Part shown: piece by piece, positions 1 through 9,005 of the stretch
How the letters are laid out: each line of letters starts with the position of its first letter
How positions within the stretch are numbered: position 1 is the first letter of the stretch
Assembly: GCA_040830765.1 (NCBI GenBank)
Contig: JBFOMH010000004.1
Location: 64,001 to 128,000, forward strand
Source of the DNA: Puniceicoccaceae bacterium
Lineage (GTDB): Bacteria; Verrucomicrobiota; Verrucomicrobiia; Opitutales; Oceanipulchritudinaceae
Length of the DNA stretch: 64,000 bases
Reading direction: 5' to 3'
Notes under the pieces: model-generated
What the model was told of the DNA's origin: nothing
The model's input: the letters and a program-made list of their open reading frames with translations, nothing else
Databases searched by the model: none
Position numbers and translations under genes: made by a program

Positions 1-73
1 AGAGGGACTTCTGCAAAACCTGGATATGGATATTCTCATCCCAGAGGAAAAGGCCTTGCTGGAAGCCTTTTAG
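1..73 (+). CDS. 3' end of an upstream gene (partial), probably a TPR-like protein; reads EGLLQNLDMDILIPEEKALLEAF*
   Basis: Open frame from base 2 to TAG at 71-73. The tail LIPEEKALL resembles the tail LLPREKFL of the TPR-like gene at 1713-3377. Confidence 0.5.
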   Translation, partial: EGLLQNLDMDILIPEEKALLEAF

Positions 74-130
74 GATGAGCGAGTAGCTACCACTCACCTG
101 TCATCCCCCCCCGACTGCGATAATTAAGCC

Positions 131-1732
131 ATGTCTGAGAAGCGCATAAGCATACCTGAACCCATGTGGGCGGTGGCCGGCCTACTCATCGGATGGGTCG
201 GGCTGATAAGCCAGGTCCGCCACCACTGGGGTGGTGAGTCCTACTACAATTTTGGTTGGTTTGTCCCCCCGCTGGCCATCTGGCTTCTGCTGAGGAACTT
301 GGGCAAGTTGGATGCAGCTGCAGCCCGCTCTGGAAACGCTGATGGTAATGGGACATCTGGACCTGACAGGATCGCCCTTGGGCTGGCCATGGCCATCCTG
401 CTGCCCGTCCTGCTCTTTCACGCTTTTTCCGAAGTGAATCCATTCTGGCGGGTTCCGCTTTGGGCTCAAGGCGCCTGTTTGTCAGGCTTTACCCTGGTGC
501 TGCTATTCCGCTACTATGGATGGAGAGGCATCGGGGCGGGCTTGTTTCCGCTCCTCTTCCTGAGCACGATGATCCCGTGGCCATTCCGACTTGAGACCGC
601 GATTGTCCACTGGCTGACGAACATAGTGATCGGATTTTCCGTCCACGGCCTGCACTTTCTCAGTTATCCCGTCGAGATGTCCGGTAACTCGCTGCGACTG
701 GGAGAAATCCGGATTGGCGTAGACGATGCCTGCAGCGGGATCCGTTCCCTGCAAGCCCTCTTTATGGTGACGCTTTTCCTCGGCAGCCTCTTCGGGCAGT
801 CGACGCTTCGCCGTACCTTTGCGGTACTTTTGCTTCCGGTGGTTGTCATTATTGTCAACACCGGCCGGGCCATTTTCCTCTCGACGCAGGTAATTGTAAA
901 TGGGCAGGAAGCCTATGATAAGTGGCATGACCCGGCGGGCTACATCGCCTTTGGCGTCAGCATGGTCTTGATTTATGCGGTTATCGAACTGCTCAACATC
1001 GGTGGTTCCGGCTCGGCCCAGTCACAGTCCATCGAATTCAACAAACTCCAGGACCATTGGGCGGGAAGCGCTCCCGGCAGACTGGCAGTCGGATTTGTTC
1101 TGCTCCCGACAGTCATCCTGGTGGCTGTGGAAGGTTGGTTCCGGTTCCATGAGATGGGAAATGAACCGCAAAAATTCTGGGAATTATCCCTTCCCGCGGA
1201 AGAAACAGATAGCGTTACATACCTTGAAATTGGCCCCCGCATTGAGGCTGCCCTGGGTTACAGTTATGGCCATCGTTTCAACTACAGCTTGCCGGGGCAT
1301 GGCAATCTTGTGGACGTCTATTATTATGGCTACACGGGGGATAACAAAATTTCCAGCGTCTCCTCCTACGGTCATGCCCCGACCATCTGCATGGAGTCGA
1401 CGGGCGCTGTCCTTGAGAGGGAATTTGATTCACTGCTGGTTGATGCCGGGGAGTTGCGCATCCCCTTCAAGCATTACCTCTTCCGGCTACCGGACAGCGA
1501 TTTGCCGATCCAGATCTTCTGGACAGTCTGGGAAGCGAGAAACATGGACATCGATCCGGAGCAGCTACAATCATTGAATTACAAGACCCAGTGGGTCCAA
1601 CTGGTCAACGGGCGGCGTGATTTTCGCCGCCAGGTCCTCCTTCTCAGTTTTATAGGGATGGAGAATGAGGGAACGGTCCGGGAGGAATTCCAGCACCTGA
1701 TGCATGAATGGATTACTGTTCCCGGATACTGA
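131..1732 (+). CDS. Exosortase (EpsH family) fused to a C-terminal EpsI-like domain
   Basis: Multi-TM protein with the exosortase triad motifs DACSGIRSL (Cys), NTGRAI (Arg) and KWHDPAG (His). The C-terminal soluble domain has HAPTIC (HxPxxC, EpsI-like). A PEP-CTERM gene lies nearby. Confidence 0.9.
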   Translation: MSEKRISIPEPMWAVAGLLIGWVGLISQVRHHWGGESYYNFGWFVPPLAIWLLLRNLGKLDAAAARSGNADGNGTSGPDRIALGLAMAILLPVLLFHAFSEVNPFWRVPLWAQGACLSGFTLVLLFRYYGWRGIGAGLFPLLFLSTMIPWPFRLETAIVHWLTNIVIGFSVHGLHFLSYPVEMSGNSLRLGEIRIGVDDACSGIRSLQALFMVTLFLGSLFGQSTLRRTFAVLLLPVVVIIVNTGRAIFLSTQVIVNGQEAYDKWHDPAGYIAFGVSMVLIYAVIELLNIGGSGSAQSQSIEFNKLQDHWAGSAPGRLAVGFVLLPTVILVAVEGWFRFHEMGNEPQKFWELSLPAEETDSVTYLEIGPRIEAALGYSYGHRFNYSLPGHGNLVDVYYYGYTGDNKISSVSSYGHAPTICMESTGAVLEREFDSLLVDAGELRIPFKHYLFRLPDSDLPIQIFWTVWEARNMDIDPEQLQSLNYKTQWVQLVNGRRDFRRQVLLLSFIGMENEGTVREEFQHLMHEWITVPGY

Positions 1733-3377
1733 TCAGGAACTTTTCCCGCGGCAACAGAACTTCCCGCTCGGTCATTCTGAGCAAGTCATCGGCTGGATTA
1801 CCCAGAATGACGGCTGCCACGCGAATATAGCGGGGGGCGTTCATCCCCAATGGAGGCATGTCCGCAATTAACTCACGCCCTTGGGCCCGCTGTCCCTGAA
1901 GGGTGTAAGACACCCCGAGGATGAGACGAAAGTCATAAACATTGGGAAACGCTGCCATCAAACCTTCGATCGCGTTATGGATTTCCGGCGTTGAGCCCTC
2001 TTGGAGGAGTTTCAGGTATAGGATAAAGCCCTTGGCATCGGGTTGGGCCTGGTATGCTTCCATATCCGCCTGCTGCAGTAGAGGGGGAAGTGCGTCGTGG
2101 TCACCGGAATAATATCGCGAGGAAAGGGCCTTCACGATATACACAGGCTCCTCCGGATTATTTTCCAGCAGGATATCATAAAGGTCGGAGAGCAACTGCC
2201 ACTGGCCATCGCGAGCAAGATAGCGCTCCAGAATCCGGTAATGCTCGGGATCAACCGTCTGCACAGCCAGATTGAGAATTGACCGTGCTTCCTCTGTCTC
2301 GCCCGTTTCCTGCAAGACGATGCTCCGGTAATAGAGGAAGGCGGTCATTTGATCCCCACCTTCAGATGCAGCCGCTTCTGTCAGCTCAAGGAGTTGGGCA
2401 TTCATCCCTTCCGCAAGAAGAAGGCCGAGGAAGGGATCGGGTGTTCCGCCAAATTCCTGATGCGTTTGCCAGTCAATTTTATCGAGGATCCAAGAACCGG
2501 CACCCATCCATTTGGCCCAGTTGAAAACCTTGTCCAAATCACCGGGCTGCGGATCATCCAGAATCCGGTTGAGATAGGGCAAGGCACTGTCGAGGGAACC
2601 GCCGGTCTCCTTTATCTCAACCCCACTGGCTAATAACTGATCAACAGGGTTCTCCGATTGGGTCTTGAGGTAATTGGCAGCATCCAGCAGGTGCGCAGAG
2701 GACACTCCCGGGAGGAAGATCATTTCCCGGGCTGCCGGCAAGGCCAGGCTTCCAGCCTCCGCAATCAGCTGGTCGAGGTGGGTCACCACGGACTCCAGCC
2801 CCGCGTCGGCATCCATGCTTCGCTGCATCCGGATGTAAGCACTGTGGATGTTCCAGTCCTCACTACCGCCTTGGGCAAACGTCCCCGCAAGCGCTCTCAC
2901 CTTGTCATACCGGTGCTGCAACTGCAGGGAGGCCAGCCAGAGTTGCTGCGTTTCGGGATTGTCCCCATCCAGCTCCACCAGCCGGCTGAGGAAAGGCAGT
3001 GCCTCATCGACATCCCTGGCCGCCAGGAGGGCCTTGGTCAGTTCGCGCAATTCATCTACCGGGAGTTCCGGTTCATCGAGTACAAGTTTCCACCAGGCGA
3101 CGGTGGCTGCATTGCGCTGCTGTAGCAGGGAGCGGGCAACAAGAAGATCAATTTGGGTATTGGCGGGGTCCAAATGGTGGGCAGCGATCCCCAACCGGGA
3201 AGCCTCAGCCCACTTCTCTGCGGCAAACGCCTCCTGGGCCCGGGTAAAGATCCGTTCGGCCCGGTATTCATTAACAGTAGCCTTGATTGGGGCCCGAAAT
3301 ACATAGACCCCTGCCATCCCGGCGATTACGGCCACCAACAATCCCAACAAGACAACCCGAAATTTACTCAGTTTCAT
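1713..3377 (-). CDS. Membrane-anchored TPR-like helical-repeat protein
   Basis: ORF 1713..3416; likely start ATG at 3377 (MKLSKFRVVLLGLLVAVIAG, an N-terminal TM). Helical repeats such as AHHLDPAN, LVELDGDNPE and LLENNPEEP. Overlaps the exosortase 3' end convergently by 20 bp. Confidence 0.7.
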   Translation of the reverse strand: MKLSKFRVVLLGLLVAVIAGMAGVYVFRAPIKATVNEYRAERIFTRAQEAFAAEKWAEASRLGIAAHHLDPANTQIDLLVARSLLQQRNAATVAWWKLVLDEPELPVDELRELTKALLAARDVDEALPFLSRLVELDGDNPETQQLWLASLQLQHRYDKVRALAGTFAQGGSEDWNIHSAYIRMQRSMDADAGLESVVTHLDQLIAEAGSLALPAAREMIFLPGVSSAHLLDAANYLKTQSENPVDQLLASGVEIKETGGSLDSALPYLNRILDDPQPGDLDKVFNWAKWMGAGSWILDKIDWQTHQEFGGTPDPFLGLLLAEGMNAQLLELTEAAASEGGDQMTAFLYYRSIVLQETGETEEARSILNLAVQTVDPEHYRILERYLARDGQWQLLSDLYDILLENNPEEPVYIVKALSSRYYSGDHDALPPLLQQADMEAYQAQPDAKGFILYLKLLQEGSTPEIHNAIEGLMAAFPNVYDFRLILGVSYTLQGQRAQGRELIADMPPLGMNAPRYIRVAAVILGNPADDLLRMTEREVLLPREKFLISIREQ

Positions 3378-3480
3378 GCGATGACCATAGGTAGAGCAAT
3401 CCACCTTCCTTGACAACTAAATGCGGTAAAGAATTGCTGCCGCCGGTTGCCCTCTGTGCGGGCATGTCACAAGGTCCTGA

Positions 3481-3530
3481 AAAGAAAGCGCCCCCCTGCG
3501 GTTTGACCGACAGGAGGGCTTATTCTTTCT
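3481..3530 (-). terminator. Intrinsic terminator hairpin (probably bidirectional)
   Basis: Minus strand reads GCCCTCCTG-TCGG-TCAAA-CCG-CAGGGGGGC followed by GCTTTCTTTT. There are A/T tracts on both sides. Confidence 0.7.
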
Positions 3531-3704
3531 TGATCGAAGCAGCAGCGCATTACCAAGAAAACACAGCGAATTTACCGCGACTGCTCACCATCTCCCCATG
3601 AGACACCGTAGGAAACGAAACAAAGACAGGGCCCAGGCTGGATGCCTGCACCGGTAAGGGGAGAATTGCGGATAACCCGCTTCTGGATACGCTGCTGTTC
3701 AAGA
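3528..3704 (-). ncRNA. Candidate ~177-nt rod-like structured RNA (6S-like size; family unassigned)
   Basis: Nested complementary segments on the minus strand: TCTTGA/TCAAGA, CAGCAGCGTAT/ATGCGCTGCTG, AGCGGGTTATCCGC/GCGGTAAATTCGCT, TCTCCCC/GGGGAGA, ACCG/CGGT. G-U wobbles favour the minus strand, and a terminator follows directly. Confidence 0.55.
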
Positions 3705-3937
3705 TGGGCCTATCCTGCAGGAATTGTTTGTGCTTTGTAAGGCACACAATGTTTTGAGGCCCAATTTCACAGTCCTTTTACAGGCAGATAATGGCTTGGC
3801 CTTTTCCAGAAATCCCCGCCTGCCGACTCTGGTAAATTTGTTGTTAACCTATAGTCAAGATGGCCGGAAAGCTGCTTTTTGGATTGTCCCGCCTGTCCGT
3901 GTGGATAATTGTTGGTGGCGTATTATTGTGGCAGCGT

Positions 3938-4558
3938 ATGAGGATTTCCTTTATCAGGACAGTCTACTTTTTGGCATTCAGCCTGTTTCCCTTTGTCGGC
4001 GGCATGGCGAATGAGGAGGCCTCCGATCCCGGGGCGTTCTATCGCATGCAGCCGGGAGACACAGTCCAGGTAACGGTTTTCAATGAACCAGATCTGGCCG
4101 TGAGCCAGAAACTCGATCCGGGCGGCGTGATCATTGTGCCGCTGCTGGGAAGGACCACACTGGCCGGGCTGAATCTGCGGGAAGCGGAACAGAAGCTGGA
4201 GGAATTGTTCATCAGCGAGGAATACCTGATCAGCCCGCAGGTTACAGTAGCGATAGTCAATTACGCGGACCAGGTCTTCTATATTTTTGGGGAGGTCAAC
4301 CAACCGGGGGCCAAGACTTTTCCCGAGGGCAAGCAATCCCTTGATATTCTTGAGGCCATTACCATGGCGGGGGACCTTTCCCAGTATGCGAAGCGGTCCG
4401 AGATTGTCATTCGGCGGCCTGTGCCCGATGAAAACCGGGAAGAAAAAATCATCGTCGACCTTGAGGATGTCCTGCGCGGCAATAACTCCCTGCAAACCAC
4501 GGAACTGATGAAGATTTATCCCGAGGATATCATCTTTGTCCCCGAACGACTCTTTTAA
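3938..4558 (+). CDS. wza: Short polysaccharide export (OPX/Wza-like) protein, Poly_export + SLBB
   Basis: YRMQPGDTVQVTVFNEPDL, GVIIVPLLG, FYIFGEVNQPG, LEAITMAGD, IYPEDIIFVPERLF. Signal peptide after ATG 3938 (ORF track starts 3860). Lies upstream of wzc. Confidence 0.85.
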   Translation: MRISFIRTVYFLAFSLFPFVGGMANEEASDPGAFYRMQPGDTVQVTVFNEPDLAVSQKLDPGGVIIVPLLGRTTLAGLNLREAEQKLEELFISEEYLISPQVTVAIVNYADQVFYIFGEVNQPGAKTFPEGKQSLDILEAITMAGDLSQYAKRSEIVIRRPVPDENREEKIIVDLEDVLRGNNSLQTTELMKIYPEDIIFVPERLF

Positions 4559-4589
4559 GGACCCGCTGTAACTGATCAAACCGGCCCGC

Positions 4590-6710
4590 ATGGAAACCAA
4601 TCCCAACCAACCAACCGAAAAAAAGTCCGGCAGTGCCCTGGTGCATCAGCGGACCTGGCTGGACCACATATTTGTTATCCGGGAACACTGGATCCTCGGA
4701 TTGCTGGTGGCGATCTCCCTGTCCGGCTTTTTTGCCTACAAGAAGCTGCAGGAGATTCCCCTTTACCGGTCGGTATCGATCATCTTGTTTGAGCCGCAGA
4801 AGGACCGGGTCATCAACATCCAGAGTGTCGTTGACACCCCAATGGGCAACTCCATCGAATTTGTCCTCCGCAACCACCTGACGGATTTGAGAAGCAATGC
4901 CTTCCGCAACCGGGTGGTCGAATCCCTGACCCCGAGCGAACAGGAACTGATCACCAAGGATTACGGGGATCCGGAAAGTGAAGAAGAGCCGAATGTTGGG
5001 CAGATTGTTGCGGGTTCGAACAAAATCGCCCTGATTGGGGGAAATATCTTCAAGTTTGAATTTGAGCACCGTAATCCCCAGGCGGCCGCCCTGCTGGCCA
5101 ACCGGTTCAGCGAGGAATTCATTGACTTTCTCCTGGAGCGCTCCCGCAAGACCAACGACTCTGCCCTGCGTTTCCTGCGCAGCCAGCGGGAGGAATTGAA
5201 ATTGAAGGTTGAGCGGGCCGAGCTCGCTGTCCAGCGCTACCGCCAGGAGCGTAACCTGGTCTCCCTTGAGGAGAGCCAGAACCTGATTGTTGAGGATATG
5301 AAAAACCTCAACAGCAGCCTCAATGCGGCCAAGCTGGAGTTGCTCAACCTGGAGACAACCCTGGACCAGATCACTGCCGCTGAAGGAAATTTCGAGGAGC
5401 TGTCTTCGCTGCCCTCGATCAACCAGATGGGCACATTACCGCAAAAGCTGGAACAGCGGACGCAACTGATGGCCCAGCGCAGTACCCTGTCCCTGCGCTA
5501 TGGCCGACGCCACCCGCGAATGATTGAAAATGCTTCCGCCCAGGAGACCATAGAGGCGGACATCCAGGAGTCGCTGGCCAAGAACATTTCCGACTTTCGT
5601 CAGCAGTACAACAACGTCAAGGCCCGGGTCGCCAGCTTGGAGGCAGCTCTCGAAAAGGCCGAAACAGATTCCCTCAACCTTGACCAGATCGCGATTGAAT
5701 ATAATGTCCTCCGCCAGGAGATGGAGACCGCCAAAAGTCTCTTCACCCAGGTGAATCAGCGGCTCAATGAAGCCATCCTGGCCAGCCAGCTGAGTGATAC
5801 CGATCTGCGCATCGTCGACCGGGCCTGGCCATCGCCAAAGCCCTTCACGCCGGACAAGCCGAAGATCTATGGAATGGCGGCCTTTCTCTTCCTGGCATCA
5901 TTCATCGGGGTGCCATATGGAATCCACTACCTGAACCTGAAACTTAAGACGGCAGCAGACATTGAGCAGCAATTGCAAATCCCCTTCCTCGGGGAGATTC
6001 GCAAGTTCCCGAAAAAACTCGGCGACCTGCATCGTCTGGTCCTCGACCAGAAGCACCAGGACGGGGTTGAGCTGTTTCGCCAAATCCACAGCCAGATCCT
6101 TCTCAAGGCGCAGGACCTGAAGAAGGGGCATACCTTTGTGATCACCAGTGCCATTCCCAAGGAAGGGAAGTCCTTCGCCGCCATCAACCTAGCCGCTTCC
6201 TTTTCACGGCACCACTACAATACCCTCTTGATTGACTGCGATTTCCGGCGCCCTTCGATTGGCCCCAGAATGGCCGAACAACTGGAGCAACAGACGGGTG
6301 AAATGGTCCAGGAAGGGCAGGTCATCGAAGTGAAGGAGAAGTTCGATGTCCTGCCGATCAGTACCAGTACCGTGCAGGCAACGGAACTGATTGAGTCATC
6401 CCAGTTCCGGGAAGCCATGAAACAGTTCAAAGAGATGTATGATATCATCATCATCGATACCCCCCCGGCAGGGATATTTCCCGATGCCGGCCTCATCGGC
6501 AACATGGCCGACCACTTCATTTTCCTGACCCAGCTGAACAAGCACCGGAAGGCCGCTCTGAGGGCCATCCTCGACCGGCTCGACCAAAGCAAGGCGGAGG
6601 TACTGGGAATCATCGTCAACAAGGTCAGCCGCTCCAAGTCTCGCAACCTGGGCGCCTACCGCTACGCCGACTACAAGAAGTACAAGAACTATTATCCACA
6701 AAAGGGGTAA
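4590..6710 (+). CDS. wzc: Polysaccharide co-polymerase / BY-kinase (Wzc/GumC family)
   Basis: Two TMs flank a coiled-coil domain (YGRRHPRM). Walker A SAIPKEGKS, A' LLIDCDFRRP, B IIIDTPP, and a C-terminal Tyr cluster YRYADYKKYKNYY. Confidence 0.92.
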   Translation: METNPNQPTEKKSGSALVHQRTWLDHIFVIREHWILGLLVAISLSGFFAYKKLQEIPLYRSVSIILFEPQKDRVINIQSVVDTPMGNSIEFVLRNHLTDLRSNAFRNRVVESLTPSEQELITKDYGDPESEEEPNVGQIVAGSNKIALIGGNIFKFEFEHRNPQAAALLANRFSEEFIDFLLERSRKTNDSALRFLRSQREELKLKVERAELAVQRYRQERNLVSLEESQNLIVEDMKNLNSSLNAAKLELLNLETTLDQITAAEGNFEELSSLPSINQMGTLPQKLEQRTQLMAQRSTLSLRYGRRHPRMIENASAQETIEADIQESLAKNISDFRQQYNNVKARVASLEAALEKAETDSLNLDQIAIEYNVLRQEMETAKSLFTQVNQRLNEAILASQLSDTDLRIVDRAWPSPKPFTPDKPKIYGMAAFLFLASFIGVPYGIHYLNLKLKTAADIEQQLQIPFLGEIRKFPKKLGDLHRLVLDQKHQDGVELFRQIHSQILLKAQDLKKGHTFVITSAIPKEGKSFAAINLAASFSRHHYNTLLIDCDFRRPSIGPRMAEQLEQQTGEMVQEGQVIEVKEKFDVLPISTSTVQATELIESSQFREAMKQFKEMYDIIIIDTPPAGIFPDAGLIGNMADHFIFLTQLNKHRKAALRAILDRLDQSKAEVLGIIVNKVSRSKSRNLGAYRYADYKKYKNYYPQKG

Positions 6711-6713
6711 TCC

Positions 6714-7835
6714 ATGAAGAAACGACTGATTGCATTGTTGCTCGGAAGCATCGGCTCCGGGTCGGCCTTCGGGCTGGTTAATTTAGGGGAAGGCCAGATA
6801 GACCTGAACCTCCAGGTAAGGACCTTTTATGACACGGAAATTAGGGCACGAAATTTAGGCCAGGAGGACTTTGTTTTCTCTGTCCGACCGTCCCTGCAGT
6901 ACAAGCGCAGCAGCAAGAACCTGGATTTTTCGGCTTCCATCGGTCTCGAGGGCAGGGCTTACCTGGACTATGACGAGTATAATGACACGGACGTCTTTTT
7001 TGATCTCAACATCTCTCCCAAGGCGGAAATGCAGACTTCCCGCTTCCGTTTCTCCGGGGATGTCATCCTCAGTACGGAAACCCGGTCCGAGCAGTCCGTC
7101 GGGGAGATTGTTACCATTAATAATTACGGCGCTTCAGCTGAGCTGATCTATGACCCGAACCGACGGTTTACAATCATTGGTTCTGCCGAATACCGGCAGC
7201 GGGATCCGGACTCGGATGTTTACTTCAAGACGACGACCAAGCAGGCCGGCGTGCGTATCGCCGTCCCCATGAATGAGTCGCTCGATGTCCTCGGCGGTAT
7301 CACCTACCTGGATACGAAGACAGACCGCCCCACCCTCGAGACCGATGTCAGCAGCGAGACTTTTACATACTTTATCGGGCTCGACGGGCAATTATCAGCC
7401 AAGTTAAGCGGTTCTCTAAGTGCCGGGATCCAGGAACGCTCCTTTGACGATGCCACCCTCGGTGACACCTCCAATCCCTATGTTTCTGCAGAGCTTGACT
7501 GGCGTGTGGATGACACCACCAGCTACCGTCTGTCCGCCTCACAGGGACTGGGAACTACCATCAACAACCGATCCTCTGATGAACTGGAAATTCGCCTGCG
7601 GGCCAACCGCTCCCTTTCCCGTGACCTGAGTGCTTCCGCTTTTATCGGCTATGAACGCTTTGATTATGGCGACCGTGAGGACAAGGGCCCCATCGCCGGC
7701 GCTTCCCTCACCTATCAATTGGTCCGCTATGGCTCCGTCGCCTTTGAGTGCGATTACCTGAACCAATCCTCAACCGAGAACGAGTTCGATTATGACCGCT
7801 TCCGTATCGGGGTGCGGTTTAACGGGACTTGGTAA
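6714..7835 (+). CDS. Outer-membrane beta-barrel protein associated with polysaccharide export
   Basis: Signal peptide, amphipathic beta-strands, C-terminal DYDRFRIGVRFNGTW (aromatic end). Starts 3 bp after wzc. Confidence 0.8.
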   Translation: MKKRLIALLLGSIGSGSAFGLVNLGEGQIDLNLQVRTFYDTEIRARNLGQEDFVFSVRPSLQYKRSSKNLDFSASIGLEGRAYLDYDEYNDTDVFFDLNISPKAEMQTSRFRFSGDVILSTETRSEQSVGEIVTINNYGASAELIYDPNRRFTIIGSAEYRQRDPDSDVYFKTTTKQAGVRIAVPMNESLDVLGGITYLDTKTDRPTLETDVSSETFTYFIGLDGQLSAKLSGSLSAGIQERSFDDATLGDTSNPYVSAELDWRVDDTTSYRLSASQGLGTTINNRSSDELEIRLRANRSLSRDLSASAFIGYERFDYGDREDKGPIAGASLTYQLVRYGSVAFECDYLNQSSTENEFDYDRFRIGVRFNGTW

Positions 7836-7876
7836 GACAAGCACCATTCAGCAGGCACCAAGCCAAATTTGCAGAC

Positions 7877-7914
7877 AAAAAACCCGCGGGGTCGTCACCC
7901 CGCGGGTTTGCTTT
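7877..7914. terminator. Bidirectional intrinsic terminator
   Basis: AAAAAACCCGCGGGG-TCGTCA-CCCCGCGGGTTTGCTTT between convergent genes. Confidence 0.85.
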
Positions 7915-7933
7915 AAATATATTTCCGTCTGCT

Positions 7934-8716
7934 TTACTTGCGCTTGGCCAAATGGCGGCGGATGAACAGGACACCCATCAGGCCGGCCGCACCAAGGATT
8001 CCGATGGTGGACGGCTCAGGAACCGGGGTCGTTTCAATCACGTCATTGCCGCAGGTCATCGTCCAGTGGATGGAGAGCTCGTTGGCATCATCCACACCAA
8101 AAACATTCTTGTAGTCAAAAATGGTGATGCTGAGGAAGTCGTCGTTGGCGACATTACCGGCGGTATCAATAAACCATGAGGCAGTACCGACCTCAGTCCG
8201 ATCGCCAGGATTGAATTGCCATTCCTGGAATTCACGCCAAGTGCCACTTGCTGTTGACTGGATAATATCTGATGGATCCGAGTGGACGGTAGCCGCTACA
8301 GGGCTGGTAATATCCGTACCGGACTGGTTGTCATAAACGCCAAGTTTGACGCCGAAATCCCATATCGTTTGCGTTGTACCACCAATATAATCCAAGGTAG
8401 TGTCATCGCCAGGGCCCCAGTCTAAGCCGTTTGTGCTGATAAACAGGTCACCTAACGTAGTCCCGTTCAAACCTGTTCCTGAGACAATGTTATCAAAGTA
8501 GTTCCCGTGGATGTTGATGGTGATGTTCCCGGCGCTAAGAAATGTTTCCGTGTGCGTGAGATCGAAGACAGCTCCAATGGAATCCGTGTTGGTATAACTG
8601 GGATTGGTAGCAACCCCACCAATGTAATTATCATCAGCAATATACTGGCCAAATCCTAAATGGGCACAGACCAGCAGAGACCCGGAGAAGACAAGAAGTT
8701 TTTTGTTAATTTTCAT
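7934..8716 (-). CDS. PEP-CTERM sorting-domain protein
   Basis: N-terminal signal peptide; D/T/G-rich body; C-terminal VPEPSTIGILGAAGLMGVLFIRRHLAKRK (PEP + TM + basic tail), preceded by HWTMTCGNDVIE. Confidence 0.93.
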   Translation of the reverse strand: MKINKKLLVFSGSLLVCAHLGFGQYIADDNYIGGVATNPSYTNTDSIGAVFDLTHTETFLSAGNITINIHGNYFDNIVSGTGLNGTTLGDLFISTNGLDWGPGDDTTLDYIGGTTQTIWDFGVKLGVYDNQSGTDITSPVAATVHSDPSDIIQSTASGTWREFQEWQFNPGDRTEVGTASWFIDTAGNVANDDFLSITIFDYKNVFGVDDANELSIHWTMTCGNDVIETTPVPEPSTIGILGAAGLMGVLFIRRHLAKRK

Positions 8717-8827
8717 AATGTATTAAGTTCAAGTAATTAGAAGCAGACTAATCAGTGTAAAGACTAGGGTGTTTTCCCCAGCAGTGTCAATAATTAACCT
8801 TATTTTACGCTTTTTTTACTTAACTTA

Positions 8828-8840
8828 TAACCCATTGATT
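8828..8840 (-). promoter_or_regulatory. IHF-consensus site in the divergent PEP-CTERM/NRPS promoter region
   Basis: Minus strand AATCAATGGGTTA matches WATCAANNNNTTR within an AT-rich spacer. Short motif that could be chance. Confidence 0.3.
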
Positions 8841-9005
8841 ATCAGCGATTAAAATATCCAGCAAGGGGATTCATCTACTTAAGTAAGGGCGACTTGCCTG
8901 ACAGGAGAGCGCAACGGTCAGCAAATTTGGCCACCGCTTCCAACTCAGTCAGGTTTTGATTAGTCATAAAAAACTTTTGAACTTCGCCCAGCGGGCGAAA
9001 AGGAA

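Noticed and set aside
105..112. C8 tract upstream of the exosortase as a phase-variation switch
   Set aside because: Short and intergenic, with no evidence of length variation or promoter overlap.
3605..3660. Plus-strand GGAAAC...GGGCCC...TGCACCGG resembling a c-di-GMP-II riboswitch
   Set aside because: Spacing and helices do not fit, and wobble polarity favours the minus strand.
3550..3747. 65-aa ORF (and internal 13-aa MVSSRGKFAVFSW) as a type I toxin or leader peptide
   Set aside because: No TM helix or convincing start context. RNA pairing explains the region better, though a tiny peptide cannot be fully excluded.
8880..8940. Sigma-54 promoter candidates (TGGC...TTGC)
   Set aside because: GG-to-GC spacing is 8 or 11 nt rather than the required 10.
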